Assembly: GCA_964106915.2 (NCBI GenBank)
Contig: OZ066929.1
Direction: 5' to 3' (one strand)
DNA length: 64,000 nt
DNA from: Podarcis gaigeae
Lineage: Eukaryota
This document shows, one piece after another, positions 26,518-41,283 of this stretch. The notes under the pieces are model-generated. The model was not told the DNA's origin. It made no database searches and saw only the letters and a program-made list of their open reading frames with translations. The position numbers and the translations under genes were made by a program. Position 1 is the stretch's first letter; every line of letters starts with the position of its first letter.

Positions 26518-26738
26518 CCTAAGACCATTAGCAGGAAGGGGAGCTGTCAGCCCCTCCTCTTGTTTCCAGTGTTGCCACTGATACCTCATTTGCAATCTGT
26601 GTACTCATCTTTCTCCTCTACTCTGCTGCTTTTCAACTGCTGCAGAATAAAGCATTCTGAAACATAAAAATGCTTTTTTTATTAATTTATTCTATAAAAC
26701 TTAAAGCTTAATGCCTGAGAGGAGAAAATGAAGGGAGG

Positions 26739-26743
<5 letters not shown>

Positions 26744-26786
<43 letters not shown>
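26744..26786. repeat. (GA)n microsatellite
   Basis: About 21 GA units. Confidence 0.97.
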
Positions 26787-26789
<3 letters not shown>

Positions 26790-29700
26790 AAGGAGGAAGA
26801 AGTGATTGATTGACTGACTTTTTAGGTTACTTTACTCTATAGCTCCCGGAGGTGAAAAGACTCACTCAACTCCAGGACTTGAAGCAATCGATCTTTTCTT
26901 CAAACTCTTTATTTATATGCATAGTGTGGGTAAGCAATACACAGCATGATGAAAGATGTACCTCATAGAGTGATCAAAAGGTGCATGTCTGCCTATGACA
27001 TAGAAGACATTAACACAGAGACATGGGCTAAGTGGGGTTTTTAAATGGGAGGATATCAGAGTGCTGTATCAGAGATGTGTCTGTTAAAAAGCACCGCCCA
27101 TTCCCAGTGGTGCTGTGGTGAATTCTGAGCACAGAAGCTCATCATGAGAGCCTTCGTAGTTTAGCCTACAAGCAGAGCTCAAAAATGAAGGATGCTGTGC
27201 CATTCCATTATTTCATACACACATGCAGCCGATGCTTGTTACTTTATACTTTTAAGTCAAGATGCCAGGATTTGAACCTATGACCTTCAACATGCAAAGC
27301 AGCTGTTCTACCACTGAGCTATGGCCTTCCCTTGAATGCAGGATGGTACATTTTACCAGATCAGGCTACCTGTTCAAGGAAGCTAGTGCTATCTATTCTG
27401 ATTGCTGCTGTCATATCATTTGCTACTTTTGTGATGACAGAGACTGAACCCAGAACCTTCTCTTTGCAAAACAGGTGGTTATTGTCCCTCTCTTTCACAT
27501 ACCTGTCATCCCCTGGGCATACAACATGTGCATCTCAAAGCAGTAATCTGGTTTGGATACTGTAAAATACTATTTCCCATTCTTAAAAGGCCCAAGAAGC
27601 AGGGCCAGCTCAATAATTTTTTTCTGCCCAAGGTAAAGGACAGAAGTGCACACATGTCCCATTCCACATGCAGAAGTCAACTAGCCCAACAGTTGCATGT
27701 TAGTGTCCTCTGTGGCCCTTGAGTAGCAGGCTGTTTAGCAGGTGTAGTTTAGGGAAGCACCCAAAGGCAACTGGCTAATTTAGGGAAATGCTGCAACCCC
27801 AGCATTTGCTACCTGAGGCCTTATTCTCCCTAATGATAGGGCTGGCCCTGTCAAGAAGCAAGGCTTAATAGACAACACATATCTTGTCAAGCAAATAGCT
27901 ACTGTACATATGGGCAACAACCAGCAGGCTAAAAGGATGTCTGACCTGCCCACAAATAAATGGGTGGATATTCATGGAATACCAAGTGGTGATTTACAAC
28001 CACTTTTGCTATGAGGCAAGCATAGTAGCTGTAAAAGCACCTTAGGCAGAGAGGGGCTTCTGGGTAAGCAAGAGGAGCGAGGAGGAGTTTCACGCCAAAG
28101 ATCTCATGGCAGCACGATTTCGTTTTGTACATACATAGCATGCAAAGACAAGGTGACTGGGGAAATTAATAAGGTTGTGGCTGCTGAGGGAATTCCAAGG
28201 GCAGCACGCAGAGAAAAATCAAATCACAGCTTAGTTTTTCATTACATTTTCCATTAATATCCAAGTTGTTTGGGGGCAATTCAGATTACAGCACATCACA
28301 TGAGCTTCTCTTACAAGGAGTGTTGCTACCTCTTAGCTCCACTCATTCAGAACAGCCTGTAATTGCAATGTTGATTTGCAATACAATCAGTGGACCTGTC
28401 TGATGCAGACAGGAAACAGATGTCCTGGACTTATTCATATTTTTCCCCCGAAGCAGAGGTCACATCCAAATCTAGACCTTTAGCCCAGTGTCCCTGAGGT
28501 CAGTTTCTGGAGCTTTCTGTGTGAGGCTGTTGTGAGATCAGTTGCCGGCTCAGGTTGTAAGAGGAAGAAACAATGGCTGTGTTGACCAAGCAAGGGCAGA
28601 AGGGCAGGATTCTGATATTTCTATCAGCTTCCCAAGTAAAAGCCTTTATACAACCAACATATAGGGGTTGATGCTGCACATCCTTAATTCCAATCTGCAC
28701 TTGCAATGGGTTTTGAAGCCTAAGCATTGGTGGTCCAAGATAGCTCAGCCTCAAAGCCCCAGAGTCAGTAATTCCCTAAGGGGGCAGTGGAATTACCAAA
28801 GGGGGTGCAAAGAGGCAAGGGGGCAGCAGGGGGAGCACTGAAGATATAAATGAGTACCAGACTTTGAAAAGTTGGCATCACTGGATCAAATTCATCAGTT
28901 TTGTTGGATTATTTAAATTAAATATTTTTAATTGGATTTTGAATAAATGTGCAATCAATCATTACTATTTCGAATTTATTGTGTTATTATCACTATTCCT
29001 ATCTGATACCAACAGCACCAAGGGATAAAGGCAGGCCTGTGGTTGCAGGACTATGGAGATCTTCAAGTAAGCAGCTTGCTCCAACAAAGGCTGGAGGTGA
29101 ACTGAGACCTTTACAGCACCCTCCAGTCCACCTTTCCCAAATTCTATGCCCCCAGCCCAAAGGTTGTGGTTCTTAAAGGGCCAATCCACTGACCTAAATA
29201 TGAGCAGGTGTCTTTCTGTGGCCTCCCACATAGAATACTCCCTGTGCTGTTGGGTAGTTAAGTTCATGGAGAACTTGATTTCACCAACAGTTTAGTGTCC
29301 AGGGATGGAATCTGCAAGGATCCTAGTTCAGGCTCTGCTGGCTCTGGACAACAAGCCTTAGGTTCTTTTGGCTCCAAACTATCTGTCTTGGGCTCTGTTT
29401 ACTATACATTCAATCAATCAATCCATGTGCAATCTGTACATGTAACTGGTTCAGTTACTCACATGCAGTATTCAGCAAGTGTACAGTTTGTGTACCTGGG
29501 TGCACAAATAGTTGAGCCATCCAAAGCAATGAGGGTACACTCATTCACACAAACAGCTGCATGTGTGTAGAGAAAGATCATACCTGTGTTCAGTTTTAAC
29601 ATCTGAACAAGGCTCACATCACCTCCCTTTTGTAACAAATATATTTGCTATTTTCGGCGCAAAGCAGTGGTTTTTATTTATAAAGCCCTAAATCAGATTA

Positions 29701-31351
29701 CCTGAAGCCTTCTTCCATATCATAATCCTGCCCTTCCACAGAGGCCTTTCTCATTGCTTGGCATTTGAAGTCCCCCAGTTATTTTGGCTGCTGTGGAATT
29801 TAGCCCATCTCCCAGCTGTTGCTAATCTGCTCAGCAGCCACTTGAAATATTAGACAACTTACTTCTTGGGGGGAGAGGGGTCTGTGTGAACCAGTGCTGG
29901 ATGCTATCAACACACATCATTAGATAATTGTTTATGATCCACTACTTGATTTCATGCTTCTATCTAATTTGAATATCAGGAAGTTATGCCGCTGAAGAAA
30001 GGCAAAGTTGTCTCTTCTTGGTTTAGGCACCTGTGTGACTTTTTACAATGCTGTCTCACCTTAGGGAAATAACAAAGTTCATCAGCACCATTATGTTATT
30101 TGAGTATCGAATGAATCTACTGAGCATCTACAGTAGTAGAATGTATTTATTTTGGGGGATTGTTGTATATCTAATATATAGCAATCTCCAAATTCTGACT
30201 CACCGGTTGGTGACCTGTGGGTTATTACTTTTCAATACATATTTAATGCTGTGAACATTAGAGGCAGAAGGCTGAGTTCCTCTATGAACATTTGGGCCCA
30301 CTCAAGATGAGATAAATAAAGGCAGTTTAATTCACACCAGTGCTCCCACATACAATTCAGCAAACCAACAAACAAGGACTAAATGATGCATTAGGACCAG
30401 GTTAAAGGGTTAAGGGGAATCCTCAGATTCTAAAGGAATAGCTAGTACTAAGTACTATTAAAGGCTGAGGAAATAAAGTGAGCAACAAGGTGGTCTGGAA
30501 TGTTACAAGCACAAAAAGATAGGTCTGAAAACCGAATGGCATCTAAGCAATCAGCTAGTCTACCACTAATGAATTCAATAGCAGTAAAGCCCATTTTCTT
30601 CTGCCGGCTTTTCTATAAACAATTTACAGTGCAAATGTATTTTTGAGGGATACAAATTCTCCTGTATTAAGATTCTTTGCAAACTGTTTCTAGATAACGA
30701 CAGCCATGAAAGGCTGTAAACAGTTTTTGGAGCTACTTTGAGAATATATTTTTTTCTTTTTTTAGTAGATGAATTCTAAGTGTTGAGAGTTGGTTCAAAG
30801 TATGTGTGTTTAGCAGAAGGAAATGATGGCAGACTGAGAACAAATTTGAAAGAATGCATGCATTCAGTGATAGGCCTGCTGCTACAAAATAGCGTATTGC
30901 TGTGAATGGAAATCCAGGGCATAATTCCTCTAAATTGGCTGTATGAGAACTCAACAATACTGCAGGAACTTTCCAAGTGACTTATTGGCAGTTGCAGGTG
31001 TGTACAGTGTAATATAGAAGACTAACGTAACTTACTTAGCAATGAGTCCCACTGTTTTAAACTGCAAATGCATTTTGGATCAGGGTGTAAGCGAGCTAAA
31101 TCCAGGCATCCACTGGATTAAGTGTGTTGCACTTCTCATTTGTTTCACATTCACATTAGATACTGGTCTTTGGGGTGAGTTCAGGTGACCATGAACACAT
31201 TTCCAGTTTCAAATGAGCACACACACTTGACATTGTGGGTGCCCTTTGTGGGATCGCGTGCAGTGCTACAGTTCCCAGTGAACTTACTGGCAAACAGGGA
31301 CTGGCCTGCCTCTCAGTGTTAATTTTTGGAGGTTCACGCTCAGCCTCAATA

Positions 31352-32391
31352 GTCAAGTTTCATTGCTGGGAGGTGGGGCCAGTCCCATACATATATAAGG
31401 GGGTGGAGCTGACAGTATCCAGGCAGTTGGATTAGGAGATTCACCCTCCCTACCCTCCCTTAGTTTAATGTTTTATTGTTTGCAGGTTAACTTTTTCTTC
31501 CTGTTTAGCGGGTGCTGCTACTGTTTATGGCTGGTTGCTGTTGAAGAACCAGGAAGAAATTTTCCTGCATTGGCAGGTTTTGTCTTCCCTGTAGCAATTT
31601 GTCACAACTTTGGCAGTTGTGGCCTTGGGTGGAATCCTATAGTCTTTTCTTCCCTATATTGGGTGTGTGTGTGAAGTGGTGACTCACCCCCCTGTGGTGG
31701 CAACTCTAGGGTCCTCCCTTAAAGGGGGTTATATACTGTCTTTTCAAAATTATATTTTATTAATTTTTCATACATTCATACCACATTACAATATCTATTA
31801 AACTTTTCGGTTTTTTACTTCCTTCGGCTTCTCTGCCAATCTTCCAAATTCTAATTTCTTTAAATACACATTTCCAAATTTTGGTATTGCCTTTATACCT
31901 ACCCCCCTCTTATATTTTGCTTTTTTACAATATTTCTTATGCTGTTACAGAGCTTCTCTGAATGCCACTAACGTTATTCCGTTATCACTTATACATTCCC
32001 AGTATTCAGCTAATTTTCCCCAGTCCTCGATGAAATTTTGATCTTGTAGATATCTAATCTTCCCAGTCAGTTTATCAAGTTCTGCATAGGGGAGGTTATA
32101 TACTGTCATGGGTGTCACTGGCCATACACTGAAAGGTTGTCAGTGAACTACCCTGCGTGTGTGGATATGGGCTGGGCTGCCTGCTACACTTACGTCTTTC
32201 AGAGTACCCCCATATCCCATTTACCCTGGTGTTCCCTAGTTTCCCCAGCTGGAGGACTGGGAGGGATATATGCTCAAGGCCTAAGCCAAGGTCTTCAGAA
32301 GTTTAATAAAGATGTGGCCTAATTTTAATTCCATATAATGTTTTCAGATTCTTTATTCCTACTTTATGATCCCTGGGGACTGGGGCTGTCA
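31352..32391 (+). mobile_element. LTR-like non-coding retroelement (possibly Ngaro/DIRS-related), older copy interrupted by L1
   Basis: Shares ordered blocks with 58149-58875: TCACCC..CCCTCCCTTA; GGAAGAAATTTT…GTAGCAA..GTCACAACTT; GCCTAAGCCAA; AATAAAG.TGTGGCCT. TATATAA at ~31392. GTCA at both putative ends. Confidence 0.55.
31741..32093 (-). mobile_element. 5'-truncated L1 LINE with 14-bp TSD
   Basis: The minus strand encodes YAELDKLTGKIRYLQDQNFIEDWGKLAEYWECISDNGITLVAFREAL* (L1 ORF2 C-terminus-like), then a 3' UTR with AATAAA. TSD GGTTATATACTGTC at 31727-31740 and 32094-32107. Confidence 0.85.
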
Positions 32392-32627
32392 CTGCCTGGT
32401 CACGCAAATAAGAAATATGTAACCACAATATTTCTGTGTAGAGATATAGGAACTGTTTTAAAATCTGCAACCTGTAAAAGATAATATATATTGACATCTG
32501 TCTATAGAAAAACATTTAGATCTCTCTGTAGGTATATAATTTGAAAATAATCAACATGTTTAGAGTTGCAAAAATTCATTAGACTACATCCACCCCATCC
32601 TGGGCATACTTTATTTGGAATCGTGAG

Positions 32628-32900
32628 GAAGCAAAGTGATGGCAACCAACTTGAATGTCTTCAAAAGAAGATCCATGGAGGATAAGGCTGTCAGCAGCTA
32701 CCAGGCATAATGGCTATGATCGACCTCCACTGTTGGAAGCATTATTCCCCTGAATATCTGTTGCTGGGAATCAGAAGTATTGAGAATGCTGTTGTACTCA
32801 GGTCTTTCTTGAGGGCTTTCTACAGTCATGTGGCTGGCCAATATCAGAACAGGATGCTGGACTAGTTAGACAAGATCTAGCAGGACTCTTCTTATTCTCT
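32628..32900 (+). mobile_element. CR1 LINE 3' region, degenerate
   Basis: GTGATGGCAACCAACTTGAATGTCTTCAAAAGA…CATGGAGGATAAGGCT…GAACAGGATGCTGGACTAG…GATCTAGCAGGACTCTTCTTAT. Confidence 0.7.
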
Positions 32901-35189
32901 CAGGAACAGTGCAATGTAATCGACAGGGTCATGAGCAGTCACACCCAAAGCTAGACTTGGAGGGTGTGTTTACTAGCTTATGGTCTGTGCAGAAAGCAGG
33001 CAGAAGCTAGAAAGATACCCACACTTGATTTGTGATGGATCCAAAGCTGTGATTAATGGAGAAGCAAGACCTGTAGAGTGTTAATGCTGTGAGCCCCTCC
33101 ATCTTAGGCTCAGGGTGCTTATATTCATAAACAAACCATATATGCCAAAGACACCACAGTCTTTGCTGACCTTCATTCCAAGGATAGCAAACCCTGGTTA
33201 AGTGCCTGGAACCCCTGAAGTCTCTCACTGCTCCCTGATGGGCTGGTGTGTGACAATACACATGAGTTGAGGAGGCCAGGATCTATACTATTCAGAGACT
33301 TCAGAGAGGTGTGAAATCCAATGGGATAATTATGTTCCAAACTTTGTGTTAGGTTGCAATCCTAACCATGTCTACTTGTAAGTAAGTCCTGCTAAAATGA
33401 TTGGGACCTACTCCTAGATAAATGGAGTTTGCAGACAAGTGCAAATTAGACTTATTTAAAAATACAGAATAAATAGAACTCTCCACCATTCCTACTTCTA
33501 TGTTTAAGTCTTTATTTGAGGAAGGGGGATGCATCAAACTGGCAATTACGATGAGGCAATGAAATATATTAATGTAAAAGTGCCAGCAATCAACACAGAT
33601 AAACACAGAGATTGTTTTGACAGATACTTTTAAATGCATCCCATATCCTACATTGGAGATAAGCTCTTGCATTTAAAATAATAATAATCTTTCAACCTTT
33701 CAGGTCTAAATTGTTTTCTTTCCATTTATTTCAAATGTTTTGTACTGCATTAAGCTTTGGGAATGAAGCTAGTTTGATATGAGAAAATGATGGCTAAAGA
33801 GGCACAGAGGAACTGCTATTTTTTCAGATCCAATGATTGTATCCAACATTAGTCATACTCAGAGTACGCCCAGTGAAATTAATGGCCATGACTAACTTAG
33901 GTATATTAATTTCAGTAGGTCTACTTTCAGTATAACCCAGTTGGGTACTACCCCAAGACCTCAACAAAAGAAGGACTGTGTCTCTGATAGGACTTGTATT
34001 TAATTATATAAATGTGTTTGGTATGTTTTCCATACTCAGATAGCATTTACAAAAACACAAAAAAGGAGGAAGAATATCAGTTTAGTGATAGAAGGCTATT
34101 CAGCTAACATTAGAGCTAATCCTGGCTCTGTGATTGGCAGAGGAGGTCCTTCTCATTGCTCCATCAGTGGGTGTGGTTTACTTGGCAGTGACACAAGATA
34201 CAGTCTTCCCTGTAATGGTATCCCAATTGTGAAATTCCCTCTTCCTGGAGGCACAGACATTCACAACATTACTGTGATTCTAATGCCAGGTTAAAACATA
34301 TTTTCTCTATCAGGCTTTTGAAGGATTTGGTCAGGTTGTTTAGAGTCTTAGAAACCTCTGTGGTATTTGTTGCTTCTGGTGGTTTTTCTAACTGGTTGAT
34401 TTGCTGTTATGTTTTACTGATTTAAATTATGCTGTATTATTGTTTTATATAATGGGGTGATATTCATCATGTGCCATACTCAGTGCAGACTGACTTAAAT
34501 CAGTGGACAGTGGTTTCAGTGGGTGTGCTCTGAGTATGACTTAATTGGATGTTTATTTGATGAAGGACAGTCTAAAAGTTTAATAAATAAAACAAGTTGT
34601 GGTGCATTCTGTTCAGTTAAGGTGTGATGGCCTCTGGAACATGACTTTCACCTAGAGGAAGGTTGGCTAAACTATGCCCATTCCTATGTTGCTAAACTAT
34701 AGTTCCCATCATCCCTATAGGCCATGATTGTTGCGCTGATGGGAGTTGTATTTCAGCAACATGCAGATGGCAACAGGCCAGCCCACCCTGACTTAGAGAG
34801 CTTTATTAGCTTCCAAAGTCCTTGTGTAACTACATGGTAAGGCATGGGAAACCGAGGCACTGAATATCTGGCTGGCATTTGCTTCAAACAAGCAGTCAGG
34901 CTTTGTTTATATTTTCAGTGCAATAATCCTTTTAAGAATTCACTGCTGAGGTATGAGGAGAGGACCATATTATTGTACCTATCTCTGAGTAGGTAGGTGT
35001 GAGATTTGAAGTATAATTTCATTCTCTCTTGAAAGCCTTTACTCTTCTTTACAATGGACAGGTTACTTTTTAAAATATAACTTCCTTGCCTGACAAATGG
35101 GGATTGCATTAAGGGATGTTGGAGAACCAGAAGAATGATTAATAAAGGTATTATTAGGAATGTAAAGCTGGGCCAGCATCAGGAGTTTA

Positions 35190-35550
35190 CATATTGATAT
35201 GATTTATATGCCACCCTTTGAGCAAGCCAGAGAGCAATTTACAACAAGGCAAATAGATAAAAATCCATAAAATCCATAAAGAACAACACAGTCCCTTAAA
35301 GACACAGCAAATCCCCAAATCACAATTGCTAACAGCAGCAGTAGCAATCAGAACTCTCCTCCTAGAAATGCCCACCATTAACTAGCTATCAAAGGTTGGT
35401 GCCAGACTCACCTCAATAGGGAGGGAGTTCTACATACTAGTAGTCACTACTAAGAAGACCCTTTTCTGGGCTCCCACACCATGTGCTTCTTACTACAGAG
35501 GGGCCACCAGGAGACCTTATCCACTGATCTTAGAGTGTGGGCAACTTGTT
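35190..35550 (-). mobile_element. L2 LINE 3' region, degenerate
   Basis: ATTTATATGCCACCC… tail and GGGAGGGAGTTCTACA…ACTAAGAAGACCC (reverse of an RAFS…WNSLP-like region). Confidence 0.55.
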
Positions 35551-38500
35551 GAGGCACACATCTCAGCAGAGAGCCCACCACGGACCTCTGAAACCCCTGG
35601 TCTAGCTGCTGCTCCCACTTGCTGTGACTGCTTGTTCACTTGACCTCTGTGGACAAGCCAGCAGTGGTAAGGTCTAGGAGAAAGAACAGGAGCTTTGGTT
35701 AGTATTGCATTCTTCCATACAAACTGAGCCCAGAGGAAGAGGATGAGTAAAAACCACAATGGTGAATAGATGTAAAAGGGACTGCTATAGGTACCTTGCA
35801 CAAGGGCTCCTCAAAACCTGCAAACACAGCTGCAAAGAAATGGAGCTTGGTCACTGTGTTTATGCCAACAGATTAGAGACTTTGCCTAAATACTTGTTAC
35901 AAAGTATATTAGAGAATATACCTTGTAGCTATACAACATTTGGGTGGCAGATAAACACTGTTGCACAAGCAATACTTATCACCACAAAGTGAAAAAAATA
36001 GACTCACACAAGCCAGCTTTTATGCCAAAGGTTGTGTAAGATGTCCCCAACAAATATCCCTAATCTCAAAATCCACTTATCTTCTACCTGAGGAAATTCC
36101 TTCAAATTCATCTCACATTTCAAGCTAGGTAAAATTCTGAGGCAACTTCAGAGATGCCATACAACCCCCTCTGAGAAACATTCTCTCTGAGAAATGTCCC
36201 ACTATGGGAACTCCCTCAAAAGTCCAATATGTCATCTGAGCAGCCCTCAGGCCCTTCCCCAGAATGGGCAAAGCAGTTAAGAAACAGAGCAAAACAAAGG
36301 AAGAAACAAGAACACATATGTTAAGTTCAAAGATGGCTACCAAATATGTCAGCCTTACCCTGGAATTTCTGCTCTCACATTGTTACCCTTTACTACCATA
36401 GGCTTGAACAATAACCTTCCCCCTTTCCCGATACCTTATCATTTCCCCCTCTTTTAACAAGGTCAGAGCTCCCCATTGAAAAAAAGGATTCATTGGCTTC
36501 TGGTAATACCTCTTACACTTGAACTACAACACAAGCTTGTTCTTCCACACAATCCCTCCCACTTTATTTGACTTTGACCTATTTCAAAAAACCAGATTCA
36601 ACCCAAAGGTTATGCAGGTTTTTTTTTTTTTTAAAAAAAGGAAGCAATACAAAGGATAAAAGAAAGAAATATGATAACCTGGATTATCCTTCTCCAAACC
36701 CACCCCCCTTCAGACACACATACACATACATCTCTGATAATCAGAGGAAGATCAAGTTACCCTTCAGCAGTTGCATGGATTAACTTCACACCTTTGTGAA
36801 AGAGCTTTCAGACCCTTCCAGAGAGATTTGATGGGGGTGGTAGAACAAGCCTACTGTCTCAAAAATAGCTGTGGTGTCTGGCTTTCATGCTATTACTGAA
36901 GTAAGATCCTAGCCTCCCACTCCCTTGCATTGGGAAAGAAGCAGAAGATGGAAAGATCCATTTAAAGAAGATGTCCATCCCACACATTTTGTCAGAAGAA
37001 CCCAGAGCTTTTGAAATGCCATGGAGAAGGAAAGGGGAGCATGCTGAAATGATAATAATAATACAGTACAAAGGAAGAAAAGGGGGGAACCCATTTCTAA
37101 AAATGGAGGGCTATCCTATGGGTCAGAAGCGTTGTAACCTCAAAGCAGGGATGGGGAATTTGTAGAGCTCCAGATGTTGCTGGTCACTGATAAAGCATTC
37201 CCAGTGGTTAGGGATGATAGGAGTTTGAATCCAGCAACATCTGGAGGGCAACAGGCTTCCCATTCCTTTTCCCCTAAAATAATAGGATGCTCAGTCATCA
37301 CCACATGACAGTTTTAAAAAGTAGTGTAACATAAAGGTTGAGAAATGGTTTAAAAAAATTCTGGAGGGTTATGTTTATCCAGGGCTTAGTGGTTGGGGGT
37401 GTGTGTAATTGGAATGAGAATTCCCTCAATGCAGAGGGAAATATGTTGACTATGAGGAGTCCAGAATGGCACTAATATATGCCTAGGGTCTTTAAAACAG
37501 GTATGGTCATCACGGTGTGGGATGAGAGGAGCAGAGGTTTCCATCCACTGCCACACTGAAAACAGGATAGTGCTCATACTGGGTTTTGATTAATAGTCCA
37601 GGATTTTACCATTGAAGACCCTGTTTAGCTATTATTAAAGCAGTGGCCTTTTATTTATACAAGAAACTTGTGTCAGCCTCTTCATCTATCTCCACAAGCA
37701 AAAGCCCATGTGCCACTGATGCAATTGATGCTCCTCTTCCCCCTTCTCCCTCCTTTCCCCCACTCAGAAGTTTTTTTGTTTTGTTTTTTTGTCTCTAAAC
37801 CAGACTTTTCCTAGTTAAAAACATTCTAGAAGTGTCATCAGATTTTTACAATAATGCATGTGCAGAGAGAAGCGCAAAGGAAGAAATTGCTTAATGCAAG
37901 AAACACAAACTCCAAGTCAGCAAAAATTGGGGCTGCCACCATCTATTATGCAGTTTCTGACAAGCCAGTTGCCATTAAAAGGAATTGACAAGATGCAGAC
38001 ATGGAGCGGCAGGGGCGGGGGCTTTGGGGCACAAGGAGAGGAAGAAATGGAAGGCTAGACTTTAAGCTTTTTGTAACTTTCAAAATCCAGCAGCTCTGAA
38101 AATTAGATACAGACTGATGGCATTTTCATAAACTCCTTGAGTGCCCATACGATGCTATGCTAATTCCTGGGGCACTCTGTGAAGAATGAGGATGGGACAC
38201 CAAAGGCAAGGAGTTCATAATTGCTTTTTAATATATTTCCAGAATTCATTCTGCCACACACTATCTATACTACAGGCTGAGCCGGCAGAGTGGGGACAAT
38301 GTCGGATGGAATAAATAGGACCTCATAACTTTCATCAACCTGTATTAAATTGTACTGAGCACTACAATAAACAAGCAAGACCAAGGAAGCTCATACAATA
38401 AGGGAATAATTCAGGCACCATGGTTGCAAATCTTCTTCTGAGCACCTCATTAATCATCACCATACTCATTTATACACTTAAAGGAGCTATAAACAAAGGC

Positions 38501-39277
38501 AGAGATGGCTCATCTCATTATATATTTTTTATTGAGTTAACTTTCAGAATATTTTATAACATCAGCCTTATGGCTGGTGATAGAGTCTCCTTACTCTAAC
38601 TTGATCGGGGGGGGGGGGGAATAAAAGAAAAAAAGCTTCTCTTCCTTGCATGAAACAGAAGGCAGCCAAGCTCCACATAACAATGAGTTGTTTTCAAGCA
38701 TAAGTTAACTACGCACTGCCCTCTTAAGTTTAGCCCACCATCCAGATTCTCCTCCATCTTTGTTTAGGAAAAACTCTGTTTCAGCCTTGTACTTAGTGTC
38801 ACACTAGTGAGCTATGTATCACTTTGTTTAAAAACCCTATTAAGTTACCAGTACTGTGGTGGAACATGAATCAACAGTCAAGCCTGAACATTATTTAAGC
38901 AACAAAGGAAACAGGCTAGCATGGAAATGGCTACCTGAAATTCCTATACAGTTACTCTGCAGTTCCAGTGTTTTAAAGCTATTGGTCCTTCATATACCGG
39001 TAGTAGGTTGTGACCCAACTGCTAGTTATACCCCAATCTAACAGCAGCAAGACCATTTTCTATTGACTTTCCCTACAGATATGCAACAACTAAAAGACAA
39101 ACCCAGCTTATTCACAGTGCTACAGATAAGCATCGCAAAGGGGAATGCATATGAACACTTGCTTCCAGGTTGGCTGAGTGGAAGCTGGCTTTCACAAACT
39201 CATGTCCTTTGCTGAAGGAAACATAATATATTTGTAGGCAATGGAATCCCCAAGATGCTTGGAAATATGAGAGAGAG

Positions 39278-39772
39278 TGATGTCCAGTTTCATAGGAAAC
39301 TGAATTTTACAGAAAAAGCCGACAGGATATGGTGAAGACAAGTCAAAAGTCAGAGGGCAGACAAAAGCAGGACCTTGGACAGCTCTAAGGGTACCCTGCT
39401 TGCAGATGCATTTTCTGCCTAAGGTAGTTATAGAAAGATGCTGTTTCTGCAGGGAGCTAGAGCCAACTGAAATCTTAAAAAGGCAGATAAGACTGAGAGC
39501 ATGGTTGGCTCTGTCTCTCTACAGGCTCTGACTCTCTACAGGAGCTGATTAGATAGCGAAGGAGGTCCTCACCTTATTTTGCAATCTTTGGGGGAAAGAT
39601 GTGTTGCAGAAGGCTCATCCCCAATCAGAGAAATCCCCTAGCCAAGAGGCCTCTGAATTGGGTACGACTGGTTCTCCCACCAGGTAGACCTTATCCTCAT
39701 CAGAGTCCACTGTAGTGGATTGCACAGTCCCCAGTCATGCTAGCTCTGCCCCTTCCATTGCTCATCTGACCA
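39278..39772 (-). mobile_element. Possible solo-LTR-like element, degenerate
   Basis: Non-coding segment with a short internal duplication (CTCTCTACAGG x2) and a TATA-like tract; resembles squamate Gypsy-type LTRs. Ends are uncertain. Confidence 0.3.
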
Positions 39773-40125
39773 TAGTAAAGAAGCGGAACATATATGTAGT
39801 GGCAAGCCTTTTCTACTTTGCAGGATATCCACATAATTTATCACACTGAACATGCATAGTTCTAAATCACAATAGGAAACCTACACAAATACAGCAGGCT
39901 CTAGTGGCAAGGATGATCACAGTAATGTGACAGAGGGGGCAAAGCCAGCCTGTGACTCTCCTCTCCACTCTCTACTTCATTACATGAGGGGTGCAATATC
40001 TGAAGAGGGCCATACTACTTCAATTAACCATGCAGCCCTCTTGGAGAGTGTGGCCTTTGACACCTCACTACGAACATGGTGTGTGTGGGCATGTGAAAAT
40101 ATTCAACATGCACAATGTAGTCACT

Positions 40126-40262
40126 GTCATGCTGGCCACATGACCCAGAAAGCTGTCTGTGGACAAACCCCAGCTCCCTCGGCCTGAAAGCGAGATGAGC
40201 GCCGCAACCCCATAGTTGCCTTTGACTGGACTTAACCGTCCAGGGGTCCTTTACCTTTACTT
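40126..40262 (+). mobile_element. Sauria SINE (Squam1), 5'-truncated
   Basis: GTCATGCTGGCCACATGACCC…GCGAGATGAGCGCCGCAACCCC…GGGGTCCTTTACCTTTAC; matches the 3' half of 53770-54400. Confidence 0.9.
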
Positions 40263-41283
40263 TTTTTTACCATGCAGAGGCAACATGTAAAAAAATATTT
40301 CTGCACCACTTCTATATATTTTTGTAATATGCACTTGGTGTGCAGTCATGAAGTTCTCTATTGATTGGAGTGAAAGACAATTTTGCATAGGGCAGTGGGA
40401 GTTAGAAACAGTCTCTACACTACGATTTTTCCTCAGGTGGTCCCTGTGGAAACTAGATTTCTCCTTTGGAAATGTCAAAGCAAATGCTCAAATGTACAGG
40501 TAGATTTATTTGGTTCATGCTGTTAAGCAAAAGCACTGCTTGTCTTTTCTGACACTTTGTCTAGAGGTTTTGTTTTTGTTTTAAAAAAAGATGCATGGGG
40601 TTATCCTCAGTCTTTAGAGAGAGTCATATGCTTCCCCCCTATTATTAATTGCTGCTGTCATTTGCTTCCTACTAATAATACAAACTATGACTGTATTTAC
40701 AGCACAAAAACAATGCAGAACTCTATCCACTTCATTTATCATAAAGGTTTTTGAAGTGGAGAACTTGTGGCCCTGCATTTCAGGGTAATTTAACAGGGCA
40801 GGAATGGGAAGCATGGAACCTTCCAGAGGACATCCAACTCCAAATCCCATCACCTCCAGACAGCATGGACAATGGGCAGGGATCAGGCGAGTTGGATTCC
40901 AGCAGCATGTGGAGGGCCACAGGTTCCTTATCCTTCTTGTCCTTTTGGTTGTTCTTTCTCTTATGTCATAGCCTAGCACAAGTGACTCTGTATAGTTAGA
41001 ATAGACAGGAAGACCCTCTCCCCCACAGTTCATACTATTTACAATTAACAAAGTCATGCAACAAGTGTGAATTGTTGCATACCAAAACAGCAGATATGGA
41101 GAACCTTTTACGTGGGACTGCTCTTGAGGATTTCACACTGAATATTCTCAAATGCATTTCAAGAGTAAGTCTTGTCTTTCGGAGGCAACTTAGAAGCAAG
41201 CTCATGGGCTTGCAAGTTTCATGACAGAATGGCAAACATTTTTAAAACATACATTTAGTTGTCCAGTATAGACTGTTTACACT